Below, piece after piece: positions 20,715-30,681 of a stretch of 64,000 nucleotides of DNA. Within the stretch, counting starts at the first letter, position 1; the number at the start of each line of letters is the position of its first letter. The stretch spans positions 749,304 through 813,303 of the forward strand of contig CP055307.1 in NCBI GenBank assembly GCA_013374835.1. Reading direction: 5' to 3'. The DNA comes from Candidatus Woesebacteria bacterium (GTDB lineage Bacteria > Patescibacteriota > Microgenomatia > UBA8517). Under the pieces are notes generated by a model, which saw nothing but the letters and a program-made list of their open reading frames with translations, was not told the DNA's origin and ran no database searches. The translations under genes were made by a program, and so were the position numbers.

Positions 20715-21459
20715 TACTGCCGTTAAAAAAAGCCGATGCTGAGCCACCATCCAGATTAATAGCGTCTGCAATGCCCAGATTCGCTTCTTTAGAAATTAAA
20801 TCAACAATCTGGGGAAGATCAGCGAGCATCGGGCCTGAAAATGCCGACTCTTTTGCATAAATCGCAATAAAAACTGCCTTATTTTCTCCGGTAACGGCAG
20901 CTACTATTCTTCTTGAAGGTTTATCATTTTTAATTGACAAAGATAACAAATCCGCATTCTCAATAAGCATTGGGCCGGACTGGAGTGCAATCCTTAAAGG
21001 GTCTTTTGGCAATGTTCTGCTTATCCTTGGAGTATCAAAATAGTTTATTGTAAAAAACGAGTCAAAGAGCTCGCTTTTAATCCTTGGGCTTATTTGCTCC
21101 CCCTCGGAAATAAAAATTCCAAGATGATTTGAATCTTTTGAATAGAAACCAGCACTTGCTAGAAACTTACACCTTAAACTTTCCCTAGCTTCTTTTGCAG
21201 ATACCGAAGCAGCAAGATTTGATATTAGTTTTATTTTTGAAGGATCTTCAGCCAAAAACCAAGCTACTTTAAAATTTTTGTTATTTAAGCTAACTTCTAT
21301 AGTGTTTTGATCCAGCTCGGGAGAAGCACTTAGAACCTTTGATAAAGGGGTTGGGTCTGCATTACCACCAAGTTTATACCGGCTAACTACGGATATCATT
21401 GCAACAAGAAAAACAAGGCCAAAAAGAGAGTAAACTATTTTGAGCGATTTATTATGCAT
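20665..21459 (-). CDS. Phosphodiester glycosidase (NAGPA-like) family protein
   Basis: N-terminal TM, QSGPMLI, AINLDGGSAS. Confidence 0.8.
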   Translation of the reverse strand: MHNKSLKIVYSLFGLVFLVAMISVVSRYKLGGNADPTPLSKVLSASPELDQNTIEVSLNNKNFKVAWFLAEDPSKIKLISNLAASVSAKEARESLRCKFLASAGFYSKDSNHLGIFISEGEQISPRIKSELFDSFFTINYFDTPRISRTLPKDPLRIALQSGPMLIENADLLSLSIKNDKPSRRIVAAVTGENKAVFIAIYAKESAFSGPMLADLPQIVDLISKEANLGIADAINLDGGSASAFFNGSISLSEISPVGGFFCSE

Positions 21460-21533
21460 AACCTATTTTAACTTAACTACTCAAGTACACGACACAAAGG
21501 CTCTTGATATAATCAAAACTAAACTCTTGGGAA

Positions 21534-23249
21534 ATGGAAAATATAAAAATAACATTTGATCGAATACACAATTTTATTTACGCTAATGAGGGCTATTCGA
21601 GACAACAGGCTTTTGATGAATTTATAAAAATACTTTTTATCGGTTTTGTTGATAAAAACATAAGACTCGGGCATTTTTTTATTTCCGATAGAGAATACCG
21701 AATGCTTAATCTTGGAAAAAATTCCACTTCTTTTTCAAAAAGAATAAATGATCTTTATAAAGAAACTAAAAGAATTTATCCTGATGTTTTCGAAAAAGAT
21801 AGCGAAATCAAGCTTAAATCGCTAACGCTTGGATATTCAATTCGCCTTTTGTCCCGGGTTAAATTCGAAAAAATTATGACGCAAATGCCTGGAGCTGCTT
21901 TTCAGAGTTACGTAAATGAAAAACAACGTAGCGAACGCGGACAATTTTTTACCCCGCAAAGCGTTGTTTCAATCTGTGTAGAAAAGATTAAACCAAAAGC
22001 CGGGGAAAGGATTCTCGATCCGGCGTGCGGATCGGGTAGTTTTTTGATTGAGGCAAAAAAATACCTAGGGGAAATGTCAAACGGCAATATATTCGGAATT
22101 GAAATAAATCCAACTATTGCCAGAATAGCTAAAATGAGCGTTATTTTATCGCAATTTGATCCTTCATCAATTATTGTTGCTGATTCTCTAAACAAACAGA
22201 AGACAAAAAAATTCGATGGCTTTGCCGATATTGTTTTTACGAATCCCCCCTTTGGAAAACAGGCCAAAATATCTAACAAAGCCGTACTTTCCGAATACGA
22301 TCTTTATAACGGTAAAGTTAAAAGTGTTGTACCCGAGATACTTTTTGTAGAAAGATCTATTGAAATGGCCCGTGAGGGAGGTGCCATTGTTATTATCCTG
22401 CCAAACGGAAATCTTGAAAATAAAAGCCTTGGCTATGTAAGAGACTATATTAAAGAAAAAACAAAAATAACCGATGTTATTGATCTACCCAAAAGCACTT
22501 TTCAGCCCTTTGGAACTACGGTTAAAACTTCCGTTCTTATTTTAAGAAAAATAAGCAAAGTTTCTCAAAATTACCGGATAGAATTTAAAAAATACATAGA
22601 CGGGATAGGCGTTACTGAAAAATATAATTTAGCCGTAAAGAGAGCTGTCCTTGACAGGTTTGACTATGAGCACAACAAAAATCCTACTAGGAAAAATAAA
22701 AAAGTAACCTACAAAAAAATTTCTGAGATATCTACAATTATATCCGAAAAAGTTGACACCTCGAAACTGTCGGGACAGATAAAATATATTTCTATTTCTG
22801 ATATTGATGCTAAAAGGTTTCAAATAGGAAATTCGCGCGAATATCTTTCGTCAAGCCTTCCAAAAAGAGCTTCGTATTGTATCAAACAAGGAGATTTGCT
22901 TGTTTCACTTGCGGGTGAGTATCTTGGCAGTAAAAGACAGGCGGTTGCTGTTGTTGACAAAAATCATAGCGGAGCTATTGTAAGTAATGGTTTTTGCGTT
23001 TTAAGAAAAGTTAAGATCAATCCGTTTTATTTGCTCTATTTTTTAAAAAGCGAGGATTATTTGTCTCAGATCAAAGCCTTGAAAAAGGGGAGCTTGATTC
23101 CGAGCGTGTCTTTAAATGACTTTAAAAAAATTGAGGTTGCAATACTACCCGAAAAACAAATCAAATCAATATCGAAACGTGTTAAGTACTATTTAGAAGC
23201 CGTAGATAATGAAAAAAAGATTAGAGAAAGTATTTTTGGGGATTTTTAG
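21534..23249 (+). CDS. N6-adenine DNA methyltransferase fused to a target-recognition (HsdS-like) domain
   Basis: GQFFTP, DPACGSGSFL (motif I), NPPF (motif IV); C-terminal TRD-like region. Confidence 0.85.
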   Translation: MENIKITFDRIHNFIYANEGYSRQQAFDEFIKILFIGFVDKNIRLGHFFISDREYRMLNLGKNSTSFSKRINDLYKETKRIYPDVFEKDSEIKLKSLTLGYSIRLLSRVKFEKIMTQMPGAAFQSYVNEKQRSERGQFFTPQSVVSICVEKIKPKAGERILDPACGSGSFLIEAKKYLGEMSNGNIFGIEINPTIARIAKMSVILSQFDPSSIIVADSLNKQKTKKFDGFADIVFTNPPFGKQAKISNKAVLSEYDLYNGKVKSVVPEILFVERSIEMAREGGAIVIILPNGNLENKSLGYVRDYIKEKTKITDVIDLPKSTFQPFGTTVKTSVLILRKISKVSQNYRIEFKKYIDGIGVTEKYNLAVKRAVLDRFDYEHNKNPTRKNKKVTYKKISEISTIISEKVDTSKLSGQIKYISISDIDAKRFQIGNSREYLSSSLPKRASYCIKQGDLLVSLAGEYLGSKRQAVAVVDKNHSGAIVSNGFCVLRKVKINPFYLLYFLKSEDYLSQIKALKKGSLIPSVSLNDFKKIEVAILPEKQIKSISKRVKYYLEAVDNEKKIRESIFGDF

Positions 23250-23353
23250 CTTGGCAGGAAATTGAATGAAGGAATGGCAATTTGGCCAAGATAGGAAAGA
23301 ATGAGAAGAATTATTGCAAATGCTATAACTATGGTTAAAAGAAATTTACCCAT
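23246..23353 (-). CDS. Small 35-aa hydrophobic protein
   Basis: Manual translation MGKFLLTIVIAFAIILLILSYLGQIAIPSFNFLPS*; fills the intergenic gap. Confidence 0.45.
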   Translation of the reverse strand: MGKFLLTIVIAFAIILLILSYLGQIAIPSFNFLPS

Positions 23354-23396
23354 TGAAAAATAATATCACAATTTCTCTCATGATAAAATAAGTTTT

Positions 23397-24221
23397 ATGC
23401 AAAAGGATAAATTTAAAGCGCTTTGGGTATCACACAGCTCAATAGGAGACTTTCTTAAATGCCCGCGGCTTTATTACTTTCGTAATATTTATAAAGATCC
23501 TTTAAGTGGGCATAAAATAACTTTGATGAATCCTCCGCTTGCTTTGGGCCAAGCAGTACATGACACCATAGAATCACTATCTAGAATTCCTTGTTCTGAA
23601 CGCTTTAGAACCGATCTTGAGAAAAAATTCGCACAGTCTTGGCAAAAAGTGACTGGAAAAAAGGGCGGCTTTAAAAGCAAGGAAGAAGAAAGCCGTGAAT
23701 ATGAGCGCGGCATTGAAATGATTAGAAAAATAAAATCAAATCCAGGCCCTCTTTTGAACAAGGCGATCAAGATAAAATCCCAACTTCCGTGGTATTGGCT
23801 ATCGTTGGAAGAAGAAATTATTCTCTGCGGGAAGATCGACTGGATAGAATACAATGAAGAAACTAATAACGTTCATATTATTGACTTTAAAACGGGACGA
23901 GTTGAAGAAGACGATAACTCTTTGCAACTTCCGATTTATTTGCTACTTGCCAGCAACACACAAAAAAGAGCTGTTGAGAAAGCAAGCTACTGGTATCTTG
24001 AGCGAAACGATTCTCCAACGACGATGAAGTTGCCTGATATTGCAAGCTCTTACGATGCTGTTTATAAAGAAGCAAAAAGGATTAAACTCGCAAGACAGCT
24101 TGAGCACTTTAAATGCCCCAAAGGAGGATGTAAATACTGTACGCCAATCGAGCATGTTGCGAACGGCAAGGGAGAGCTTGTCGGGCTTAGTGAATATAAT
24201 CAAGACATTTATATTCTTTAG
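23397..24221 (+). CDS. PD-(D/E)XK nuclease, RecB/AddB/Cas4-like
   Basis: SHS...CPR, GQAVH, GKIDWI...IIDFKTG, QLPIY, C-terminal CxxxxCxxC. Confidence 0.85.
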   Translation: MQKDKFKALWVSHSSIGDFLKCPRLYYFRNIYKDPLSGHKITLMNPPLALGQAVHDTIESLSRIPCSERFRTDLEKKFAQSWQKVTGKKGGFKSKEEESREYERGIEMIRKIKSNPGPLLNKAIKIKSQLPWYWLSLEEEIILCGKIDWIEYNEETNNVHIIDFKTGRVEEDDNSLQLPIYLLLASNTQKRAVEKASYWYLERNDSPTTMKLPDIASSYDAVYKEAKRIKLARQLEHFKCPKGGCKYCTPIEHVANGKGELVGLSEYNQDIYIL

Positions 24222-24245
24222 AGAATATTTTAAAATAAACAAACT

Positions 24246-24602
24246 ATGAGTGAAAAAGTAGTAGGGTATATTTTTCTGGTTTTGGGTGTTTTAATTATTT
24301 TGTATTCCGGCATAAATGTCTATCGGGTATATACAAGAAAAATATCTGCAATTTCTCTATTTCATTTTGAACCGGTTTCTATTGAAATGCCGGTTGAGGG
24401 AAGCAGGGAGAGGTTAAGGATCGAGATTCTTTCTGAAAGAGAATTAAACGAGACATCAAATGTAATTGCGCATACCATACTCATGGGTTTTATAGGTGGG
24501 GTAGGGTATAAAATATCTAAAATCGGAGTATATATCTTAAGACCTATAGTTGTAAATCTAAAAGAAAAAGGGGAGGGAGTTAGTGAAGAAAAAAAAATTT
24601 AA
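24246..24602 (+). CDS. Hypothetical membrane protein
   Basis: Two hydrophobic segments. Confidence 0.65.
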   Translation: MSEKVVGYIFLVLGVLIILYSGINVYRVYTRKISAISLFHFEPVSIEMPVEGSRERLRIEILSERELNETSNVIAHTILMGFIGGVGYKISKIGVYILRPIVVNLKEKGEGVSEEKKI

Positions 24603-24774
24603 AAAAAGCAAAAAGGATAAAATGATTTTTGGAATTATCGGAGGTATGGCAGAATACTTTCAAATAGACAGCACAGTACTTAGGATTATATTTCTTGTAA
24701 TTGCCTCTTTGAGCGGTTTTGTGCCCGGTATAATGGCTTATTTTCTATCTTTTTTTATAGTTCCAAACAAGTAA
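24583..24774 (+). CDS. PspC domain protein
   Basis: KSKKDKMIFGIIGGMAEYFQIDSTVLRI. Confidence 0.85.
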   Translation: MKKKKFKKSKKDKMIFGIIGGMAEYFQIDSTVLRIIFLVIASLSGFVPGIMAYFLSFFIVPNK

Positions 24775-24786
24775 AATAGGTAATAT

Positions 24787-25089
24787 ATGTTAAGCCGAAT
24801 ATATATTGGCAATATTAATTTCGATGCCACAAATAAGGATTTGATAAATCTTTTTTCAAAATACGGCGAAATAGTAGAATTAATGGTAATTCCCGACAAA
24901 AGCTTGAAAAATAAAAATAAAGGATATGGGTTTGTGACATTTTTCGAGAACGAGTCTGCAAAAAAAGCTGTTTTGGAATTAAACGGAACGCTTTTTATGG
25001 GCAGAAGGCTCGTTGTTGACTACGCAAAAAACAGCAAAGAAGACAAGCCCGACGATGTTTTTAGCGGGACAGTTTATGAAAATAAGTAA
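24787..25089 (+). CDS. RRM-domain RNA-binding protein
   Basis: RNP2 IYIGNI, RNP1 KGYGFVTF. Confidence 0.92.
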   Translation: MLSRIYIGNINFDATNKDLINLFSKYGEIVELMVIPDKSLKNKNKGYGFVTFFENESAKKAVLELNGTLFMGRRLVVDYAKNSKEDKPDDVFSGTVYENK

Positions 25090-25091
25090 AA

Positions 25092-25331
25092 ATGAATACT
25101 TGGTATAAGAAATTATTAAAACAGTATGGGCCTATTTTTTTAATAGTCTTTGTGGTAAGTTTTTTTGCGCTTATAACACTGTCTTCTAGGATTGACTTTC
25201 CTACATTTCCTGGGGACATATCGATTGAAGTTTTGGGAATAAGAATTTATCTCCCAATTACTAGTGCATCTGCTTTTTCTTTTTTTGTGATCGCTTTGAT
25301 AGAAATGTATAGATTTATGAAAAAATTTTAA
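25092..25331 (+). CDS. Small membrane protein (DUF2905-like)
   Basis: PGDI...IYLPITS motif between two TMs. Confidence 0.6.
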   Translation: MNTWYKKLLKQYGPIFLIVFVVSFFALITLSSRIDFPTFPGDISIEVLGIRIYLPITSASAFSFFVIALIEMYRFMKKF

Positions 25332-25353
25332 ACTTCTCAGCCTCAAAACATCC

Positions 25354-25425
25354 TTGCTTAGGAGGAGTCTTAGAGGTAAAATATTAATAGGCGTATTATA
25401 GCGCCTACTTTTTTTTCAAATTAAT
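25354..25425 (+). promoter_or_regulatory. gyrA sigma70 promoter followed by a leader hairpin and T-run
   Basis: TTGCTT-17bp-TAAAAT, then TAGGCG-8nt-CGCCTA (25388-25407) and a T-run before ATG 25426. Confidence 0.6.
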
Positions 25426-28068
25426 ATGACAGTTAGGAAAGCAGACATAATACCCACGGCAATTTCCGAGGAACTTTCCAAAAGCTACCTGGATTACGCA
25501 ATGAGCGTAATCGTAGCTCGTGCGCTTCCCGATATAAGAGATGGGCTCAAACCAGTCCACAGAAGGATCCTTTATGCCATGCATCAGATGGGTCTTGGGC
25601 CTAAATCTAGTTATTCAAAAAGCGCGAAAGTTGTGGGTGAGGTGCTTGGAAAATACCATCCGCACGGAGATTCTTCGGTATATGACGCAATGGTCAGGAT
25701 GGCACAGGAATTTTCTATGAGATACCCTCTTGTTGACGGACAGGGAAACTTCGGATCCGTTGACGGGGATCCTCCGGCGGCCATGCGTTATACAGAAGCG
25801 AGACTTGCCCCAATTTCCACCCCCATGCTTTCTGATATCGAAAAGGATACCGTTGAATTTATGGATAATTTTGACGCAACATTAAAGGAGCCTGTTTATC
25901 TACCGGCCTTACTTCCAAATCTGCTTCTTATGGGATCCGAAGGTATAGCTGTGGGAATGGCTACGAAAATTCCGCCCCACAACCTTACCGAGGTAGCAAA
26001 CGCAATTGTTGCCATGATTAAAAGAGGCAAGGCGATTTATGAAAATGCCGGCAAAAAAAATGAAAAAAACGAAGCCGACTTTTTTATAAAAAAAATAAGC
26101 TTAATAGCTTCCGGAAAAGAAGCGGGTTTTGAAGAAGATGAACTTAAGGTAGAAGATATAAGTTTTGAGACTGATATTACCGTTGAAGAATTGCTTATGC
26201 ACATTCAAGGGCCTGATTTTCCAACCGGAGGAGCAATTTACGGGGCCAGAAATCTTGTAGACATGTATGCAACAGGAAGAGGAAAAGTCACTGTAAGAGG
26301 AATTGCAGAAATAAAAGAATCAAGCCAAGGTAAATCAATAATTGAAATAACAGAACTTCCATATCAGGTAAATAAGGCTCTTTTTGTTGAACAGATAGCC
26401 GATCTTGTCAGAGACAAAAAGCTTGGCGGGATATCTACTCTTCGGGATGAATCGGACAAAGAAGGGATGAGCATTATTATTGAGCTTAAAAGGGATGCTA
26501 AGCCAAAGAATATTCTTAACAACATCTATAAACACACAAGGCTTCAGACGAGCTTTCCGTCAAATTTTGTAGCCTTGGTAAATGGCACACCCCATACCGT
26601 AAATCTTAAACAGATTCTTGTCGAATATGTAAAGCACAGGCAAAAGGTAGTTACCCGAAGGACAATTTTCGAGCTAACTGCGGCAAAAAGAAGGGTTCAT
26701 ATATTAGAGGGACTAAAAATTGCTTTGGATAATCTTGACGATGTGATTGCTACTATCAGAAAAAGCAGAACCCAGGATGATGCCAAAACGAACCTTATAA
26801 AAAAGTTTTCTTTTACGGAAATTCAAGCTACTGCGATACTTGATATGCAGCTTAGACGCTTAGCCGCTCTTGAACGCGAAAAAATCGAAAAAGAGTATGA
26901 AGAAGTAAAAAAGCTTGTTGATAAGCTGACTGCGATATTAAGAGACCCACAAAAAGTGCTTGACGTTGTTTCCGAAGAGGTAGAACAGTTAAAGAAAGCT
27001 TACGGAGACAAAAGAAGGACTAGAATTTATAAACAAAAAATAGGTGATTTCTCAGAAGAGGATCTAATAGCCAAGGAAGATATTCTTATTACGGTAACAA
27101 AAACGGGATATGTTAAAAGGGTGCCGAGAGGTATATACAAAGCCCAAAGAAGAGGCGGAAAGGGAGTTCTTGGCATGACCACTAAAGAAGAGGATGAGAT
27201 AGAACATCTTGTTTCGGCAACCACTCATGATACTATTCTTTTCTTTACGAATCTTGGCAAGGTGTACGGCACAAAAGCTTGGGAAATTCCCGAAACAAGC
27301 AGACAATCAAAGGGACAGGCGCTGGTAAATATAATAGATCTTGATCAGAACGAGCTTGTAATGTCTCTTGTCACAGTAAACGGAGATCCCGGATCCAACA
27401 ATCTTATTATGTGTACCTCGAGAGGTGTTGTTAAAAAAACATCTATGAAGCATTTTACAAACCTTCGCTCCAACGGGCTTATTGCTATTAGGCTTACCGA
27501 GGGAGATAGTTTGGTAAGGGTCGCCGCAAGTAGCGGAGATGACCATGTAATGCTTTTTTCTGCCGAGGGAAAGACGATTCGTTTTTCTGAAAAAAATGTA
27601 CGCAACATGGGAAGAGCAACTACGGGTGTAAAGGGAATCGATTTATCGCATACCGACAGGGTTATTAGTATGGAGGTTTTCCCGGAAAAAATTAAAAAAT
27701 CAAACGACAAAAGGATAAAGTACTTTAGAGACATTCTGACCTTAAGCGAGCGGGGTTACGGTAAAAGAACCAAGGTGGAGCTTTTTCCTGTACAAAAAAG
27801 GGCCGGTAAGGGTGTACGAGCGGCTATTGTAAACCAAAAAACAGGAAAAGTAGCTGCCGTGACATTGGTAACACAAAAAAGCGAACAAGTGGTTATTACA
27901 AGTACGCATGGACAAATAATTAAACTGCCAGTAAGAAATATCCCTCAAATGGGCAGGGCTACTCAAGGAGTTATTTTAATGAGATTTGCGAAAAAAGACG
28001 ATAGGGTGGCTGCGATAACAACTCTTAACAAATCTCAAAATGTAAAGCTTGAAAAGAAAGTTATATAA
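25426..28068 (+). CDS. gyrA: DNA gyrase subunit A
   Basis: [23 protein letters not shown] (catalytic Tyr), GyrA-box QRRGGKG, beta-pinwheel repeats. Confidence 0.97.
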   Translation: MTVRKADIIPTAISEELSKSYLDYAMSVIVARALPDIRDGLKPVHRRILYAMHQMGLGPKSSYSKSAKVVGEVLGKYHPHGDSSVYDAMVRMAQEFSMRYPLVDGQGNFGSVDGDPPAAMRYTEARLAPISTPMLSDIEKDTVEFMDNFDATLKEPVYLPALLPNLLLMGSEGIAVGMATKIPPHNLTEVANAIVAMIKRGKAIYENAGKKNEKNEADFFIKKISLIASGKEAGFEEDELKVEDISFETDITVEELLMHIQGPDFPTGGAIYGARNLVDMYATGRGKVTVRGIAEIKESSQGKSIIEITELPYQVNKALFVEQIADLVRDKKLGGISTLRDESDKEGMSIIIELKRDAKPKNILNNIYKHTRLQTSFPSNFVALVNGTPHTVNLKQILVEYVKHRQKVVTRRTIFELTAAKRRVHILEGLKIALDNLDDVIATIRKSRTQDDAKTNLIKKFSFTEIQATAILDMQLRRLAALEREKIEKEYEEVKKLVDKLTAILRDPQKVLDVVSEEVEQLKKAYGDKRRTRIYKQKIGDFSEEDLIAKEDILITVTKTGYVKRVPRGIYKAQRRGGKGVLGMTTKEEDEIEHLVSATTHDTILFFTNLGKVYGTKAWEIPETSRQSKGQALVNIIDLDQNELVMSLVTVNGDPGSNNLIMCTSRGVVKKTSMKHFTNLRSNGLIAIRLTEGDSLVRVAASSGDDHVMLFSAEGKTIRFSEKNVRNMGRATTGVKGIDLSHTDRVISMEVFPEKIKKSNDKRIKYFRDILTLSERGYGKRTKVELFPVQKRAGKGVRAAIVNQKTGKVAAVTLVTQKSEQVVITSTHGQIIKLPVRNIPQMGRATQGVILMRFAKKDDRVAAITTLNKSQNVKLEKKVI

Positions 28069-28072
28069 AATT

Positions 28073-29026
28073 TTACCTTCCTTTGGCGTGGAAGGTTTCA
28101 TGAATATCTTTTAGGTGTTTGTCTGTTACGTGAGTATAAACTTGGGTCGTAACGATATTTTTGTGGCCGAGCATTTCTTGGACCGAGCGGAGATCAGCTC
28201 CTGCTATCAAGAGATCCGTAGCGAATGAATGTCTAAGAACGTGCGGTGTAACATCTACTGCTATTTTTACTTTTCTTGCGTATTTTTTGACCATTCTTTG
28301 AACAGATCTCGGAGTAAGGCGCATTTTCTCGTCTGGGTGTGAAACGTCCATTTTACCTTTATGGCGTATAAAAAGCGGCCTTAAACGATCAGATCTTGCT
28401 TTAAGATAGTTTTCTACCCAATCTGCAGCTCTTTTGGAAAGAAACACAACCCTTGACCTGCCGCCTTTTCCTATTACATTAAACTCACGCCTTTGGAGAT
28501 CAAGCCTCTCTCGATCAAGCTTAACTAGCTCTGAAACCCTAAGCCCCGTTGAAAAAAGAACCTCAAGGATTGCTTTATCTCTTTTTCCAGTAATTTTGCT
28601 AAGCGAAGGTGCGCTTAGCAACCTGTCAATCTGATCTCCTGTGAGAAATTTGATTTGTCTATCTTCAATTTTGGGAAGATCAATTTTATCCGGGGACATT
28701 ACTTTGTAATCATTTTTTATAAGCCATTTGAGAAACGACCTTATAGCAATTGCGTGATATCCTTGCGTGCGTTTGGTGAGGGGATTTCCCTTGGCGTCTA
28801 ATAGTCTCGACAGATATATTCTATAATCTCGCATTGTTTGGGGGTTTATATTTGACAAAGTTTTCTTTAAGTTTTGTTCTTCAAGCCAGTTTGTAAATCT
28901 ATTTAAGTAGTGATTGTAATTTCTAATTGTCAGGGGAGAGGCCCCCTTTTCCACCTCAAGATATTGAAGATAAGAATAGATCTTCATTTCAAGCTCAGAG
29001 TCTTTTTTAACTTTTTGGGCAGTCAT
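28073..29026 (-). CDS. Xer-type tyrosine recombinase
   Basis: TGLRVSEL, GKG, TPHVLRHSFAT, LGH, TTQVYTHV (R-K-H-R-H-Y). Confidence 0.93.
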   Translation of the reverse strand: MTAQKVKKDSELEMKIYSYLQYLEVEKGASPLTIRNYNHYLNRFTNWLEEQNLKKTLSNINPQTMRDYRIYLSRLLDAKGNPLTKRTQGYHAIAIRSFLKWLIKNDYKVMSPDKIDLPKIEDRQIKFLTGDQIDRLLSAPSLSKITGKRDKAILEVLFSTGLRVSELVKLDRERLDLQRREFNVIGKGGRSRVVFLSKRAADWVENYLKARSDRLRPLFIRHKGKMDVSHPDEKMRLTPRSVQRMVKKYARKVKIAVDVTPHVLRHSFATDLLIAGADLRSVQEMLGHKNIVTTQVYTHVTDKHLKDIHETFHAKGR

Positions 29027-29112
29027 TTTTTTAAATTGGAAAAAGTGCTTTTAATAGAGCAGGGTAGAGACGCTTATTATAATAAAGTTAAGCATAAATT
29101 GCTTTTGATGTC

Positions 29113-29129
29113 AACATATTGTGCGACAA
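29113..29129. promoter_or_regulatory. dif-like half site in the xer upstream region
   Basis: ATATTGTGCGAC at 29116-29127, matching the right arm of the 30367-30394 palindrome. Confidence 0.45.
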
Positions 29130-29138
29130 TGATTTTTA

Positions 29139-29867
29139 TTATTCTTTTGGAAAAAATACATTTTCTTTTAAAATAGCATTATATATCTCCCACATATATG
29201 TCGGATAGCGTCTGTTTATGTGAATAAGCATTGGATGCTTACCCAATCTATTTGGTGTTTTGCCATAGGTTAGAAAGACTACTGTTGTATCAGGACACTC
29301 TTTAAGAATCGTTTTTGCTTGGTGTTCTGAGTCTTCAAAATGCAAGCAAGAACCTAATTCTCTAACTCTTTTGGCCTTAAAAATTCCACCTTCTAGGCTT
29401 AAATTTTCCCTTATAAAGATGTTTTCTTTTGGGAAAAAAGGAGCGTATTCTTTAAACCAATCGACTGTTGAGTCATTAAAAGCCGGATCTCTTGAGGTAA
29501 TTACATAGACTGCAGAATCTTTTCTATCTAAAGAGTGTGTATAGATCCGCTTTAAAAAATGGATAGCCCCCGGGATTGGAAGCGACTGCCTTAACACTTC
29601 CGGATTAGACCAAAGATCCTCGATTTCATTGGCACTTTCTTCACTCAACCCAGCTTGAAGAGCGATTGATCTTAGGGCTCCCCAGTCATCTATTTCGTTT
29701 GGATCAAAATAAACATTGTACCTATCTGAGGCTATGGCAGTTACTATCGCAGCTGAGTGTGCAAGAACTCCGTCTATGTCGAAAGTGATAACTGGATATC
29801 TTGAAAATAGGCGATCAAGGCGGGTGTCAATTCGATTATTTAATTCCAAAGCCCTTTCTTTATTCAT
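29139..29867 (-). CDS. HAD-superfamily 5'(3')-nucleotidase-like protein
   Basis: FDIDGVL motif I, ITSR, K, FED; start moved to ATG 29867. Confidence 0.75.
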   Translation of the reverse strand: MNKERALELNNRIDTRLDRLFSRYPVITFDIDGVLAHSAAIVTAIASDRYNVYFDPNEIDDWGALRSIALQAGLSEESANEIEDLWSNPEVLRQSLPIPGAIHFLKRIYTHSLDRKDSAVYVITSRDPAFNDSTVDWFKEYAPFFPKENIFIRENLSLEGGIFKAKRVRELGSCLHFEDSEHQAKTILKECPDTTVVFLTYGKTPNRLGKHPMLIHINRRYPTYMWEIYNAILKENVFFPKE

Positions 29868-29909
29868 AATCAGCTGTATAACAGAGTAGGGGAAAATGAT
29901 CAAGTAGAA

Positions 29910-29926
29910 AATATATTGTGCGACTA
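29910..29926. promoter_or_regulatory. Second dif-like half site
   Basis: ATATTGTGCGAC at 29913-29924. Confidence 0.45.
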
Positions 29927-29951
29927 ATAATTAAATTGTCAATATTTAGAC

Positions 29952-29979
29952 GTCAAATGTCAAATAGCAAATGTCAGAT
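29952..29979. repeat. Four tandem heptamers
   Basis: GTCAAAT GTCAAAT AGCAAAT GTCAGAT. Confidence 0.6.
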
Positions 29980-30366
29980 GCAGAAAAAAATTTTTAGTAG
30001 TTTATTTTAGTCATTAAATCTATAATCATCAATTTATTTTATCGTTTTTTAAAAGTCATTAATAACAAAAGCCTGTTAAAATGGCTTTACCAGATCGATT
30101 CTAAGGCCTGTCTAAACATAAAGACGATACTTATATCATCTTTTTTATTTATGTGTGTATTGTTAATCCCGTAAAATTGGAATTTTCACACTATCTTTAT
30201 ACACGTTTTTAAATAAAAATATTTCGTATAAAGTTTGTGAATAAAAAATATAAAAGTTTTTGGAAATAGGGTTTTTTAGGTAATATTAATTAGTTTATTA
30301 ATTGATAGAGACACGCCGCGGTAGTTGATTACAAATGATGTTTATTCTCCACTCTTATTTTTATAT

Positions 30367-30394
30367 ATGTCGTAAAAGTTATATTGTACGACTA
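30367..30394. other. Candidate dif (chromosome dimer resolution) site
   Basis: ATGTCGTAAAA-GTTATA-TTGTACGACTA, an 11-6-11 imperfect palindrome in an AT-rich ~780 bp intergenic region 1.3 kb from the xer gene. Confidence 0.6.
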
Positions 30395-30681
30395 TGTATT
30401 TAAGAGACAGTTTTTAGGGAAAGTAGCAGTATTTTAAAAAAGTAGTAATAACTTTAGTGTTGTGAAGTTGTCATTTGATGTTAAAAAACAAATGCTCTTG
30501 TCTGTCTATCAAGAGTAAATTGAATTTAATAACTATATCAAATGATATCATTTGTGAAAAAACCTATAATTTTTTGTGAAAAATAATGAATAAAATAATT
30601 AAACTATAGGACTATAGGACATTTGTTTACCCCTCTCCCCTATCTCCTGCTGACGATATTTATTAAAAAATCTAAGCTTAA

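Noticed and set aside
23397-24221. Cas4 / CRISPR-Cas locus
   Set aside because: No repeat-spacer array or other cas genes were seen anywhere in the window.
28073-29026. Phage or integron integrase
   Set aside because: Size and motifs fit a chromosomal Xer; no integron-integrase insertion, attC array or phage genes were recognised.
29904-30681. Replication origin
   Set aside because: Only one good DnaA-box-like 9-mer, no dnaA nearby, and flanking genes converge; a terminus fits better, though this is not proven.
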